Assembly: GCA_964565195.1 (NCBI GenBank)
Contig: CAZMCQ010000004.1
Coordinates: forward strand, 64,133 to 128,132
Reading direction: 5' to 3'
Length of the DNA: 64,000 nucleotides
From: an uncultured Candidatus Saccharibacteria bacterium
GTDB taxonomy: Bacteria; Patescibacteriota; Doudnabacteria; UBA920; 2-01-FULL-46-14
The notes beneath the pieces are model-generated. The model was not told the origin of the DNA, did not search any database, and saw only the letters and a list, made by a program, of their open reading frames with translations. Position 1 is the first letter of the stretch. Every line of letters starts with the position of its first letter. Shown here one piece after another: positions 40,729-49,967 of the stretch. Position numbers and translations under genes: made by a program.

Positions 40729-40888
40729 CCTTTCTTCCAACCTCTCCCCATCGCCCGGGGAGAGGTGTATAATTTACTTGTCATTCCCGCCCCCCGATCG
40801 CAGTCGAGGGCAAGCTTCGCGGGAATATATAATAATGGAACTGGATTCCGGGTCCCTCCAAAGGCGGGCAGGCAGGCCCGGAATGACA
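40729..40888. repeat. composite cluster of palindromic elements
   Basis: CCTCTCCCC/GGGGAGAGG hairpin, then TGTCATTCCCGC..GCGGGAAT and GGATTCCGGG..CCCGGAATGACA with nested inserts. Confidence 0.8.
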
Positions 40889-40898
40889 GATAAAGATT

Positions 40899-42113
40899 AT
40901 GATACTGGGCATTGATGCGAGTCAGGCGAACAGGAAGGTCAGAAGCGGGACGGAGTGGTATGCTTTCCATTTGATAGATGAGTTCAAAACGCTGCTGCGC
41001 GATCGATCTGATGTCCGCGTGGTTTTGTATCTGAAAGACGCGCCGCAGGCAGATTTGGTCAATAACTTGCCCGACAATTTTTCGGTGAAGATATTGCGCT
41101 GGCCATTGAAATATTTTTGGGGACAAATCAGGTTATCATGGGATATCCTGCGAAATACGCCCGATGTATTATTTTGCCCAGCTCATACAATTCCAATCTC
41201 GACCTCTCTCCTAACCTCTCCCCATCACCTGGGGAGACGAAGAATGCGGGTATTTACGACCTTGCATGACATTGGGTTTGAGGATAATCCGGAACTTTAT
41301 GATAAATTGTCGCTTTGGTACCATCGCTGGTCGGCGAAATTTGCGGTGAAACATGCGTATCATATTTTTACGATCTCGGAATTTTCAAGGCAAAGAATTA
41401 TGGAAGTGTATGGGTGTCCGGAGGAGAAGTTGAGTGTCACTTATCTTGGGGTTAACCCCTCTGCCCCTTCGGGGCATCTCCCCTCGCCAGGAGAGAGAAA
41501 AAATGAATATTTATTATTTGTAGGCAGACTCGAGCCAAAGAAGAATATTCTGAACATCGTGAAGGCGTATGAAAAATTTGTGTCATTGCGAGCGCAAGCG
41601 AAGCAATCCCAGGGCGAAACCGAGATTGCTTCGTCGCAAGCTCCTCGCAACGACATTCCGGATCTTATCCTCGCGGGACGCAAAGTCAGGGTTGCCGATG
41701 TTGAAGATTATTTATCCAAAAGGTCTGAGCTTGCCAAACGCGTTAGATTCACGGGCTACATCAGCGAGGGGGAAAAGCAACAGCTTTATCGCGATACCGC
41801 CGTATTTGTTTTCCCCACTTTTTATGAAGGATTTGGGATCCCCATTCTGGAAGCCCAGAGTTTTGGCGTTCCGGTGATTACGTCCAATCGCACAGCTAAC
41901 CCAGAAATAGCGGGCGAGGGCGCGCTGATTGTTAATCCGGAAAGCGTGAATGACATCGCGGCAGCCATTGGGAAACTTTTGGGCGACCAAAGTTTACGTG
42001 AGGAGAAGATTAGATTAGGATTAGAGAATGTGAAGCGATTTAGTTGGGGAGAGACGGCAAAACTGACATTAGCAAAGCTGATGTCATCCCGGACTAGATC
42101 CGGGAACTATTAA
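40899..42113 (+). CDS. GT4 family glycosyltransferase with three in-frame palindromic insertions
   Basis: IDAS, TLHD, FVGRLEPKKN, FPTFYEGFGIPILEA. Confidence 0.9.
   Translation: MILGIDASQANRKVRSGTEWYAFHLIDEFKTLLRDRSDVRVVLYLKDAPQADLVNNLPDNFSVKILRWPLKYFWGQIRLSWDILRNTPDVLFCPAHTIPISTSLLTSPHHLGRRRMRVFTTLHDIGFEDNPELYDKLSLWYHRWSAKFAVKHAYHIFTISEFSRQRIMEVYGCPEEKLSVTYLGVNPSAPSGHLPSPGERKNEYLLFVGRLEPKKNILNIVKAYEKFVSLRAQAKQSQGETEIASSQAPRNDIPDLILAGRKVRVADVEDYLSKRSELAKRVRFTGYISEGEKQQLYRDTAVFVFPTFYEGFGIPILEAQSFGVPVITSNRTANPEIAGEGALIVNPESVNDIAAAIGKLLGDQSLREEKIRLGLENVKRFSWGETAKLTLAKLMSSRTRSGNY
41581..41655. repeat. in-frame REP doublet (GTCATTGCGAG family)
   Basis: 41581-41610 is the exact reverse complement of 56185-56214. 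Confidence 0.9.
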
Positions 42114-42143
42114 GAATGGATTCCCGCCTTCGCGGGAATGACA
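42082..42143. repeat. REP doublet (GTCATCCC...ATTCCC-N8-GGGAATGACA) overlapping GT4 stop
   Basis: homologous to 58237-58302. Confidence 0.85.
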
Positions 42144-42171
42144 ATTTGAGAAAATGCTATAATATGCGCAA

Positions 42172-42951
42172 ATGATCGGACACGAGAAACAAAAAGCGAT
42201 GTTCGAGCGAGCCATAAAGAACGGCCAGCTGTCGCACGCCTATGTTCTGGCCGGGCCAGAGAACATCGGCAAAACAACGTTTGCGATCGAGTTCGCGCGC
42301 GAGCTTGGCTGCCACCCGATCCTCGACACCACGCTATTTGATCTAGAAAACAGTATGACGATCGAACAGGCGCGGGAACTGCAGCATATTTTGAATCTCA
42401 CCTCCGCGACCGGAAAGCACAAAGTCGCGATCATTTCTTACGCCGACCGGATGACCGAGGCAGCGGCCAATGCGATTCTCAAATTTTTGGAAAACCCGCC
42501 CAAGCGTACGATTATTTTTTTGATTACCGCAAATTACTATGCGCTTCTCCCGACGATTGCCTCGCGCGTGGTGCGCGTCAATTTTTCTCGCCTTTCCGAT
42601 GATGAAGTGCGCAAGGCAGTTTCCGATGAGAAAATCGTGGGATTGGCTTGCGGCCGTATCGGTCTAGCTAAACGTCTTGTCGAAAACCCCGAGGAATTGC
42701 AATTTTTTCAGAATGCGTGGCAGCAATACAAAGTTTTGGAAGCCGGAAAGCAGCACGAGCGCCTGCTTGCCGCCGAAAAATTTTATGAGCTGGAAAGTCA
42801 TTTGCTGGCCAAACTTTTTTCTTTCTGGATGCAGGAATGGGCCGAAAAACCAGAAGGTGTCACGCTGGGCCGGCGTCTCCGCACGGCATTTGCGGATCTG
42901 CGCTATAATTTAAATACTAAAATCCTTCTGGATAATTTATTTTTGCCATGA
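42172..42951 (+). CDS. holB: DNA polymerase III delta-prime subunit
   Basis: SHAYVLAGPENIGKTT, AANAILKFLENPP, LLPTIASR. Confidence 0.88.
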   Translation: MIGHEKQKAMFERAIKNGQLSHAYVLAGPENIGKTTFAIEFARELGCHPILDTTLFDLENSMTIEQARELQHILNLTSATGKHKVAIISYADRMTEAAANAILKFLENPPKRTIIFLITANYYALLPTIASRVVRVNFSRLSDDEVRKAVSDEKIVGLACGRIGLAKRLVENPEELQFFQNAWQQYKVLEAGKQHERLLAAEKFYELESHLLAKLFSFWMQEWAEKPEGVTLGRRLRTAFADLRYNLNTKILLDNLFLP

Positions 42952-43994
42952 ACGGAAAAAGTATAGCGAGGGTTGCGCTTGTGATTCTGCCGGTTTTATT
43001 TACGGCCCAGGCCTGTAATTTTCTTTTTGGCGATATTCTGGGCGGCACTGACCAGGGCAGCGGCGTGCGAGGCGTATTCAAAAGCGTGGACGCCGGCGAG
43101 ACGTGGGCCGCGGCAAATGAATCCGCCGGAGAAGTCAAGCTTTCTGACTCGCAGGTTTATCGGCTGTTCATTGAGCGATATAACCCGATCAATATATTGG
43201 CCGCAACCTTGGATGAGGGCGTGTTTGCCAGTTCCAATGAAGCGGAGTCTTGGGGCATCCTTTTACCAAATTTTTCGACCTTTGAAGTTTTTATCAACCC
43301 AAACAACAGCCAGGAAATTTATGTGTCGGGATCGAGCGGCAAACTGGCCACAATCTTCAAAAGTTCCAATCGCGGCGGAACGTGGGAGGAAGTTTACCGG
43401 CAGCCGAATGTCGAGGCCGAGGTGAGCGCCATGGCTTTCGATCCGGTAACGCCCAGCACATTTTATGCCGGGCTTTCTTCGGGCACGCTGCTCAAAACGA
43501 CTGACGGCGGGGAAACGTGGAGAAACCTCGTGGATTTTGGCGACCGCATCAGGCAAATCGAAATCGCGCAAAGCCCCGCGCGGACAATTTATGTGTTGTT
43601 AAAGGGCAAGGGCCTAAAGCAAAGCTCGGACGGCGGCCAGTCCTGGGCCTCGCTGCTGCTGCCTGGCAATCCGGCAAGTTATAATCATTTAGTTTTAAGT
43701 CCCAGCAATCTCGTCTATGTCGCCACAGGGAATGGCCTTTATCAATCTCTTGATAGCGGGAAAACCTGGCGACGGTTCTTGCTTCCCGTGCAGGCGACCA
43801 GCGATGATGTCTCGGCTGTGGCCGTTGACCCGAAAAATTCGCGCTTTATTTACGCTGCCATAAGGTACGTGTTTTTTAAAAGCGCCGACGGCGGCGCGAC
43901 CTGGCAGACAGTATCGTTGCCGACGCGGCGTTTGATCAGCGATATCGTAGTTAATCCTAACGAACCCAACAAGATCTATGTCGGACTTCGCTGA
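42948..43994 (+). CDS. BNR/YCF48-like beta-propeller lipoprotein
   Basis: lipobox-like TAQAC; repeated S/TxDGGxTW Asp-boxes. Confidence 0.85.
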   Translation: MNGKSIARVALVILPVLFTAQACNFLFGDILGGTDQGSGVRGVFKSVDAGETWAAANESAGEVKLSDSQVYRLFIERYNPINILAATLDEGVFASSNEAESWGILLPNFSTFEVFINPNNSQEIYVSGSSGKLATIFKSSNRGGTWEEVYRQPNVEAEVSAMAFDPVTPSTFYAGLSSGTLLKTTDGGETWRNLVDFGDRIRQIEIAQSPARTIYVLLKGKGLKQSSDGGQSWASLLLPGNPASYNHLVLSPSNLVYVATGNGLYQSLDSGKTWRRFLLPVQATSDDVSAVAVDPKNSRFIYAAIRYVFFKSADGGATWQTVSLPTRRLISDIVVNPNEPNKIYVGLR

Positions 43995-44517
43995 TTTTGA
44001 AAAAGCAATTGAGTTTTTGAAAGTAGAATTGGGAAAACTACGGACAGGGCGGGCGAATCCCGCGCTCATTGAAGATTTGAAAATTGATTATTATGGCGCG
44101 CCGACGCCAGTCAAGCAAGTCGCGAGCATTTCCGTGCCCGAAGCTCGGCAGCTCCTGGTGCAGCCGTGGGATAAAAATGCCCTCGCTCCTTTGGAAAAAG
44201 GCATCCGTGACGCGGGCCTCGGGCTCAACCCGACAAACGAAGGCGACAAGCTCCGTATCACTTTGCCGGCGCTTAATGAGGAACGCCGCCGTGAGCTTAC
44301 AAAACTCGTTGGCAAGTTTGCCGAAGAAGCGCGCGTGCGTATCCGCAATGCGCGCGAGGAAATTATAAAAGACTTGAAGCGCAAAGAAGAAGCCGGCACA
44401 ATTTCCGAAGACCAAAAGATGCGGGAGCAAAAAAAACTTCAGGACCAGGTGGACGAATTCAATAAAAAAGTCAAAGAAATCGCAGAAACCAAAGAAAAAG
44501 AAATAATGACGGTCTAG
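43978..44517 (+). CDS. frr: ribosome recycling factor
   Basis: LRTGRANP, YYGAPTP, EERRREL, KEKEIM. Confidence 0.96.
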   Translation: MSDFADFEKAIEFLKVELGKLRTGRANPALIEDLKIDYYGAPTPVKQVASISVPEARQLLVQPWDKNALAPLEKGIRDAGLGLNPTNEGDKLRITLPALNEERRRELTKLVGKFAEEARVRIRNAREEIIKDLKRKEEAGTISEDQKMREQKKLQDQVDEFNKKVKEIAETKEKEIMTV

Positions 44518-44540
44518 CGGGTCTTGTGGTAGAATAAATT

Positions 44541-45653
44541 ATGATTCTGCTGACTATCCTCGTTTTTATCATCATCCTTGGCCTGCTTGTGTTTGTACAC
44601 GAGTTCGGCCATTTTGTGATGGCGAAGAGGGCCGGCATGCACGTCCAGGAGTTTGGTTTTGGTTTTCCGCCGCGATTGTTTGGCATTCGCCGCGGGGAGA
44701 CGATGTACTCCGTAAACTGGATACCGCTTGGCGGGTTTGTAAAAATCGCAGGCGAAGAGGGGCACTCGGACGACCCGCGCGCATTTGCCAACAAAAGCTT
44801 CGGGCAGCGCCTGGCAACACTCCTGGCCGGCGTGACCATGAACTTTATCCTCGGTTGGTTTTTGATTTTCCTGGGCTTTTTGGCCCTCGGCGCGCCGACT
44901 GACCTCGAGGATAATCCGTATTTGGCAAATGCGAATATTCGCAGTGAAGAAATAGGTATAATCGTGGTTCAAGGCGATTCGCCGGCCGAAGCTGCGGGTT
45001 TTCGCGCCGGCGACGTGATATTGTCAGTGGACGGGCAGAAATTTACCGAGATCATGCCGCTTATTGACTACACCAAAAGCCGCGCTGGCAGCCCGGTGAA
45101 TTATGAACTGAAACGCGGCAAAAAAATTATCAATAAGCAGGTGGTGCCGCGCACTGAAGTTGCCGAAGGAGAAGGGCCGGTCGGATTTGCACCGGCCAAA
45201 ATCGGGATTGTGACTTACCCCACTCTTACCGCTTTAAAGCTTTCGCTTTTTGCCTTTGTGAGCAAAGCTATCCTGATTTTCTCGGCCTTTGGCCTGTTGA
45301 TTAAAAACATCCTTACTACCGGCCACGTTATCGAAGGTTTGTCCGGTCCTGTTGGCATTGCCGTTCTGACGCGCGACTTTACGCAGCTCGGGATAATTTA
45401 CCTCGTGCAGTTCGCGGCCACGCTCTCTATAAATCTTGGGGTGATCAACGCCTTTCCCTTTCCGGCGCTCGACGGCGGCCGCGTGCTGTTCTTATTCGTT
45501 GAAAAGATCCGCGGAAAAAAGAGCATCAAATGGGAACAGTATGCGAACGTTATCGGCTTCGCGCTCCTGATGCTCCTTATGGTTGCCATCACCTTCCGCG
45601 ACGTCGGCAAATTTTCGGAGCAGTTTAAGAATTTGTTTGAGAGGATATTATAA
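44541..45653 (+). CDS. rseP: RseP-like M50 intramembrane metalloprotease
   Basis: HEFGH, PLGGFVK, PDZ, NAFPFPALDGG. Confidence 0.94.
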   Translation: MILLTILVFIIILGLLVFVHEFGHFVMAKRAGMHVQEFGFGFPPRLFGIRRGETMYSVNWIPLGGFVKIAGEEGHSDDPRAFANKSFGQRLATLLAGVTMNFILGWFLIFLGFLALGAPTDLEDNPYLANANIRSEEIGIIVVQGDSPAEAAGFRAGDVILSVDGQKFTEIMPLIDYTKSRAGSPVNYELKRGKKIINKQVVPRTEVAEGEGPVGFAPAKIGIVTYPTLTALKLSLFAFVSKAILIFSAFGLLIKNILTTGHVIEGLSGPVGIAVLTRDFTQLGIIYLVQFAATLSINLGVINAFPFPALDGGRVLFLFVEKIRGKKSIKWEQYANVIGFALLMLLMVAITFRDVGKFSEQFKNLFERIL

Positions 45654-45692
45654 ATCCTTGAAAAAGAACCTAGGTTGCTGTATAATCAGGAC

Positions 45693-45920
45693 ATGAAGCA
45701 CATCATCCAATTTCGCATAACCAAGTACGAAAACTACTATGTGGCCGAAGGGCTGGATCTGGCTATTGTTACCCAGGGTAATACTTTAGACGAGGTGGTG
45801 GCAAATTTGAAAGAAGCGCTCCAGCTTCATCTGGAAGGCGAAAATCTGACATCTCTTGGGCTTGCCCCTGATCTCCACGCCTTAGTTAATTATGAAGTAG
45901 TAGACCTAGTGCGTGCCTAA
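45693..45920 (+). CDS. HicB-like antitoxin (short)
   Basis: IVTQGNTLDEVVANLKEALQLHLE. Confidence 0.85.
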   Translation: MKHIIQFRITKYENYYVAEGLDLAIVTQGNTLDEVVANLKEALQLHLEGENLTSLGLAPDLHALVNYEVVDLVRA

Positions 45921-46155
45921 ACTTCGGGTATTGTCAGGGCAGGACTTGGTTAAAATTTTCAATAAGCTCGGATTCGCTGTGGCTGCCCAAAGAGGCAGCC
46001 ACATTAAACTTAGACGAGTTACGGCCGACGGTTCAGTTCAGATTTTGACTATTCCAAGTCACAAGGAAATCAAAACAGGGACGTTAAAGGCAATCTATAA
46101 CCAAGCTTTGCGATTTATTTCGGAAGCAGAATTGAGAAAGGAATTTTATCAATGA
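45913..46155 (+). CDS. HicA family toxin
   Basis: LGF..QRGSHIKL, IPSH, GTLKAI. Confidence 0.88.
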   Translation: MPKLRVLSGQDLVKIFNKLGFAVAAQRGSHIKLRRVTADGSVQILTIPSHKEIKTGTLKAIYNQALRFISEAELRKEFYQ

Positions 46156-46304
46156 CCCCCAAAGAAACCAAAATTTTGGCAGGAGTAATCGGTGCGGTCG
46201 TGCTGATCGCAGGGTTTATTTATGCTGAAAAAGTGCGACAACGACAAGCCAATCCGCAGCCGCAGAATCAATCACAATCCATGAGGGGGGAGAAACCTAC
46301 TTAA
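46152..46304 (+). CDS. small membrane protein (50 aa, not in track)
   Basis: MTPKETKILAGVIGAVVLIAGFIYAEK...; ATGA overlap with hicA, ends 2 nt before proS. Confidence 0.55.
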   Translation: MTPKETKILAGVIGAVVLIAGFIYAEKVRQRQANPQPQNQSQSMRGEKPT

Positions 46305-46306
46305 GT

Positions 46307-47509
46307 ATGCGCCAATCGCAACTGTTTACAAAAACTTTAAAATCAGTTTCAAAAGATAAGCAGAGTGTGAACGCGCAGCTACTCGAGCGCGGGGGATTTA
46401 TTTTCAAAAATTCCGCGGGGGTTTACACGTTCCTGCCATATGGCTGGCGCGTGATGAAGAAGATCATGAACATCATTCGCGAAGAGATGGACGCGATCGG
46501 CGGCGAAGAGCTGTTTATGCCGGCGCTGGTGGAAAAGAAATATATGGACGCGACTGGCCGGTGGAATACAGATATCGGCTTCAAAATTCAGGACGAGAAC
46601 TTTGTGCTCGGCTGGACGCATGAAGAAGTCCTGACCGCGATAACTTCAAAATTCATCAGTTCCTACAAAGATCTGCCCTTTAGCGCGTATCAGATCCAGA
46701 CCAAGTTTCGCAATGAAGCGCGCGCCAAGTCTGGCCTGCTGCGCGGGCGCGAATTTATGATGAAGGATCTTTACAGCTTCCACGCGAGCGAAGAAGACCT
46801 CTGGAAATACTATGAAGAGGTAAAAAAAGCGTATTTCAAAGTTTTCGAACGCTGTGGCCTGAAAACAGTTTATACGGTTGCCGCCGGCGGAGATTTCACA
46901 GTCAGCAATACCCACGAATTTCAAGTCTTGTCAGAAGTTGGGGAGGATAAAGTGATGGTTTGCTCAAAATGCAGCTATGCCGAGAACGGCGAAATTTCCA
47001 AACTCAAAAGCGGCGACAAATGCCCGCAATGTGGCGGGAAAATTAATGAAAAACGCGGCATTGAGGTGGGCAACATCTTTCCACTTGGCACAAAATATTC
47101 GGACGCTTTTGGATTAAAATTTACTGACGAGGCCGGCCAGCAGCAAGCCGTGGTTATGGGGTCCTATGGCATTGGCCTTGGCCGCGTGATGGGCGCAATA
47201 GTCGAGGTTTCGCATGACGAAAAAGGCATCATCTGGCCGGAAAGCGTGGCGCCGTTTCGGGTTCATCTGCTGGCACTCAATGTTGATGCAGAGAAACAAT
47301 ACGAAACTTTACGGAAGGCCGGGATTGGGGTATTCTATGATGACAGGGAGGTTTCCGCAGGGGTCAAATTCGCGGATGCGGATCTGCTCGGTATCCCTTG
47401 GCGGGCTGTGGTGTCAGAAAAAACTGGAGACAAGGTGGAAATTAAAAAACGAAATGGGAAGAATTCAAAATTAATCTCACTGGAAGAGTTGCTAAAAATC
47501 AAAAATTAA
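46307..47509 (+). CDS. proS: proline--tRNA ligase (short, no INS editing domain)
   Basis: THEE, QTKFRNEAR, GLLRGREF, GIEVGNIF, MGSYGIG. Confidence 0.93.
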   Translation: MRQSQLFTKTLKSVSKDKQSVNAQLLERGGFIFKNSAGVYTFLPYGWRVMKKIMNIIREEMDAIGGEELFMPALVEKKYMDATGRWNTDIGFKIQDENFVLGWTHEEVLTAITSKFISSYKDLPFSAYQIQTKFRNEARAKSGLLRGREFMMKDLYSFHASEEDLWKYYEEVKKAYFKVFERCGLKTVYTVAAGGDFTVSNTHEFQVLSEVGEDKVMVCSKCSYAENGEISKLKSGDKCPQCGGKINEKRGIEVGNIFPLGTKYSDAFGLKFTDEAGQQQAVVMGSYGIGLGRVMGAIVEVSHDEKGIIWPESVAPFRVHLLALNVDAEKQYETLRKAGIGVFYDDREVSAGVKFADADLLGIPWRAVVSEKTGDKVEIKKRNGKNSKLISLEELLKIKN

Positions 47510-47594
47510 ATATTAAAAATAAAAATGACAGGGTAAAATTAGAAAATTTTTAATTTTGCTTTGTCATTTTCCATTTTGATTTTTGCATTTTGAA
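47494..47594. repeat. AT-rich periodic imperfect inverted repeat
   Basis: AAAAATCAAAA..AAAATGACA..GTAAAATTA / TAATTTTGC..TGTCATTTT..TTTTGATTTTT. Confidence 0.7.
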
Positions 47595-47596
47595 CT

Positions 47597-48655
47597 ATGA
47601 GTTTATCTGACACCATTTTCGGCAAATTTTCCAAAGACATTGGCATTGACCTCGGCACGGCCAACACGCTCGTGTACGTTCGGGGCAAGGGCATCGTGAT
47701 CAACGAGCCCCCTGTGGTTGCCATCAACACAAAGACGACACAGACTCTCGCCATCGGCAACGAGGCGAAAAAAATGGTCGGCCGCACCCCCGGACACATC
47801 GTCGCCACGCGTCCGCTTGTGGATGGCGTCATTTCGGATTTTGAGGTCACCGAGCAGATGCTGCGTTATTTCATCGACAAAGTCCATCAGCAGGCCTTTA
47901 CGTTTCTCTCGCGGCCCCAGGTCGTGATCGGTATTCCCTCGGGCGTGACCGAGGTCGAAAAGCGCGCGGTGCAGGATGCGACGCTTAATGCCGGCGCGCG
48001 CACCGCGTTTCTCATCGAAGAGCCGATGGCTGCCGCAATCGGCGCGCGCCTGCCGGTGCAGGACCCGGCTGGATCGTTCATCGTGGATATCGGCGGCGGG
48101 ACGACCGAGATTGCCGTGATATCCCTGGGAGGAATTGTCGTTTCCAAGAGCATCCGTATCGCCGGCGATGAGATGAACGAGAATATCGTGCAATTCGCCC
48201 GCGATGAATTCAATTTGCTGCTCGGCGAGCGCACGGCCGAGGAAGTGAAAATCAAGATCGGTTCGGCTTACCCGCAGAAAGACCGGATGGAAACCAAAAT
48301 GCGCGGCCGCGATCTGGTCACCGGCCTGCCGAAAGAAGTGACAGTCAACGACGAACAGATCAGGATCGCCCTGTCGCGTTCCGTGCGCACGATAGTCAAT
48401 TCGATCCGTCAGGCGATCGAGGAAACGCCGCCCGAACTCGTGGCGGACATTATGGGCCGCGGCATCATCCTTGCCGGTGGCGGGGCGCTCTTGCGCGGGA
48501 TTGATACTTTGATCGCGCGCGAGACGCAGATGCCGGTGACCATTACCGACGACCCGCTGACGGCGGTGGTGCGGGGGGCGGGCATAGTGCTGGAAGACCT
48601 GGAAACCCTGCGCGAGGTTCTGGTTTTGACCGAGTTTGAGCAGATCTCGCGATGA
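47597..48655 (+). CDS. mreB: rod shape-determining protein MreB paralog 2
   Basis: IDLGTANT, EEPMAAAIG, DIGGGTT; heads mreBCD. Confidence 0.96.
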   Translation: MSLSDTIFGKFSKDIGIDLGTANTLVYVRGKGIVINEPPVVAINTKTTQTLAIGNEAKKMVGRTPGHIVATRPLVDGVISDFEVTEQMLRYFIDKVHQQAFTFLSRPQVVIGIPSGVTEVEKRAVQDATLNAGARTAFLIEEPMAAAIGARLPVQDPAGSFIVDIGGGTTEIAVISLGGIVVSKSIRIAGDEMNENIVQFARDEFNLLLGERTAEEVKIKIGSAYPQKDRMETKMRGRDLVTGLPKEVTVNDEQIRIALSRSVRTIVNSIRQAIEETPPELVADIMGRGIILAGGGALLRGIDTLIARETQMPVTITDDPLTAVVRGAGIVLEDLETLREVLVLTEFEQISR

Positions 48656-49440
48656 GCGCGCCGGTGCATGTCGTAATCGCTTTTTTGGTCCTCATGGGAC
48701 TCGTGTTGTTAAACTTAGCCGGCGGTTTGCAATTCGTTCAGGATTATGGCCGGAAAGTGGTGGAGTTTTTTGATATTCCTCTGGTTGCCGTTTTTTCGGG
48801 GATCAAAAAGTTCTCGCTCGTGGTCGTACACGTCGACGACTTGTATGATCAGAACATCATTCTGACCGAGCAGGTGCAAGAACTTTCGGCAGAAGTGGCG
48901 ACATTGGAAAAAGCAAGTGCGGAAAATCGGATCCTGCGCGAAGCTTTGGGTTTTGAACAGGGCCGCAGCCTAAATCTGCTTCCGGCCGAGGTAATCACCC
49001 GCGATTTTATGGCGCCCGACCAGAGACTGGTTTTGAACCGTGGTGCCGAAAGTGGGGTCACGCGCGGCGCGGCAGTGATTGTCTCCGGCCGGGTATTGGT
49101 GGGGGTTATTTCTGAAGTTTTTAATGGAACTTCAGAGGTACAGCTTCTCACGGCCTCGGGAGTTTCCGTCAATGCCGAAGATGCCGTGACCGGCGCGACC
49201 GGCATTGTCAAAGGTGAACACGGGCTGGGCCTGCTTCTTGATCTTATTTCCCAGGATGCCACAGTGAACCCCGGCGACCGGCTTGTCACTTCGGGCCTTG
49301 GCGGAACTTTCCCCAAAAATTTGCTGATCGGCAAAATCGGCGATACACGCAGCGGCACGAGTGAGCTGTTTCAGAATGCCAGCGTGATTCCTGCCGCCGA
49401 TCTCTCCGCCTTGAGATTTGTTTTTGTGGTAAAGAGATAA
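48652..49440 (+). CDS. mreC: rod shape-determining protein MreC
   Basis: ENRILREAL, VTSGLGGTFP. Confidence 0.92.
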   Translation: MSAPVHVVIAFLVLMGLVLLNLAGGLQFVQDYGRKVVEFFDIPLVAVFSGIKKFSLVVVHVDDLYDQNIILTEQVQELSAEVATLEKASAENRILREALGFEQGRSLNLLPAEVITRDFMAPDQRLVLNRGAESGVTRGAAVIVSGRVLVGVISEVFNGTSEVQLLTASGVSVNAEDAVTGATGIVKGEHGLGLLLDLISQDATVNPGDRLVTSGLGGTFPKNLLIGKIGDTRSGTSELFQNASVIPAADLSALRFVFVVKR

Positions 49441-49454
49441 ATTGATATACAGGG

Positions 49455-49967
49455 ATGAACAAACAAAATTTGTACCAACTGCTTTACCTCTTCTTTCTTT
49501 TTCTGATTTACGTTGCCGGTTTGAAAGTTTTTACCGGTCATCCCTATCTCGTGCCGCAGCTGGTTTTTCTTTCCGTAATAATTTTTGCCGTCCGGGAGAC
49601 TTTTATTGCGACGCTTTGGTATGCCTTCGCCGCCGGATTTTTACTGGAATTTTTTTCCGGGTTTTTTTTCGGCGCCAATCTTCTGGCGATGGTTATCATC
49701 GCGCTGGCCGCTTTTCTTATCACCCGCAATGTCACCTCCCGACGGGTGGTTTTGCCGGCCGCCGCGACGCTCGCGGCGCTGGGGACAGCGATTTTTCCGC
49801 TTGTCGCCTATTTGTATTTGTTGTTAATGGCTGGGCTGAATTTGACCGAGAGCGTGGCGTTTGCCGATTTATTCTCCGTGAACATAATTTGGGCCGCACT
49901 GCTAAATGTGCTGTTTTTTTATCCGGTGAAATATGCGCAACCCGTTTCGACTGAAAAATACAATTGA
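49455..49967 (+). CDS. mreD: rod shape-determining protein MreD
   Basis: multi-TM 170 aa between mreC and mrdA. Confidence 0.8.
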   Translation: MNKQNLYQLLYLFFLFLIYVAGLKVFTGHPYLVPQLVFLSVIIFAVRETFIATLWYAFAAGFLLEFFSGFFFGANLLAMVIIALAAFLITRNVTSRRVVLPAAATLAALGTAIFPLVAYLYLLLMAGLNLTESVAFADLFSVNIIWAALLNVLFFYPVKYAQPVSTEKYN

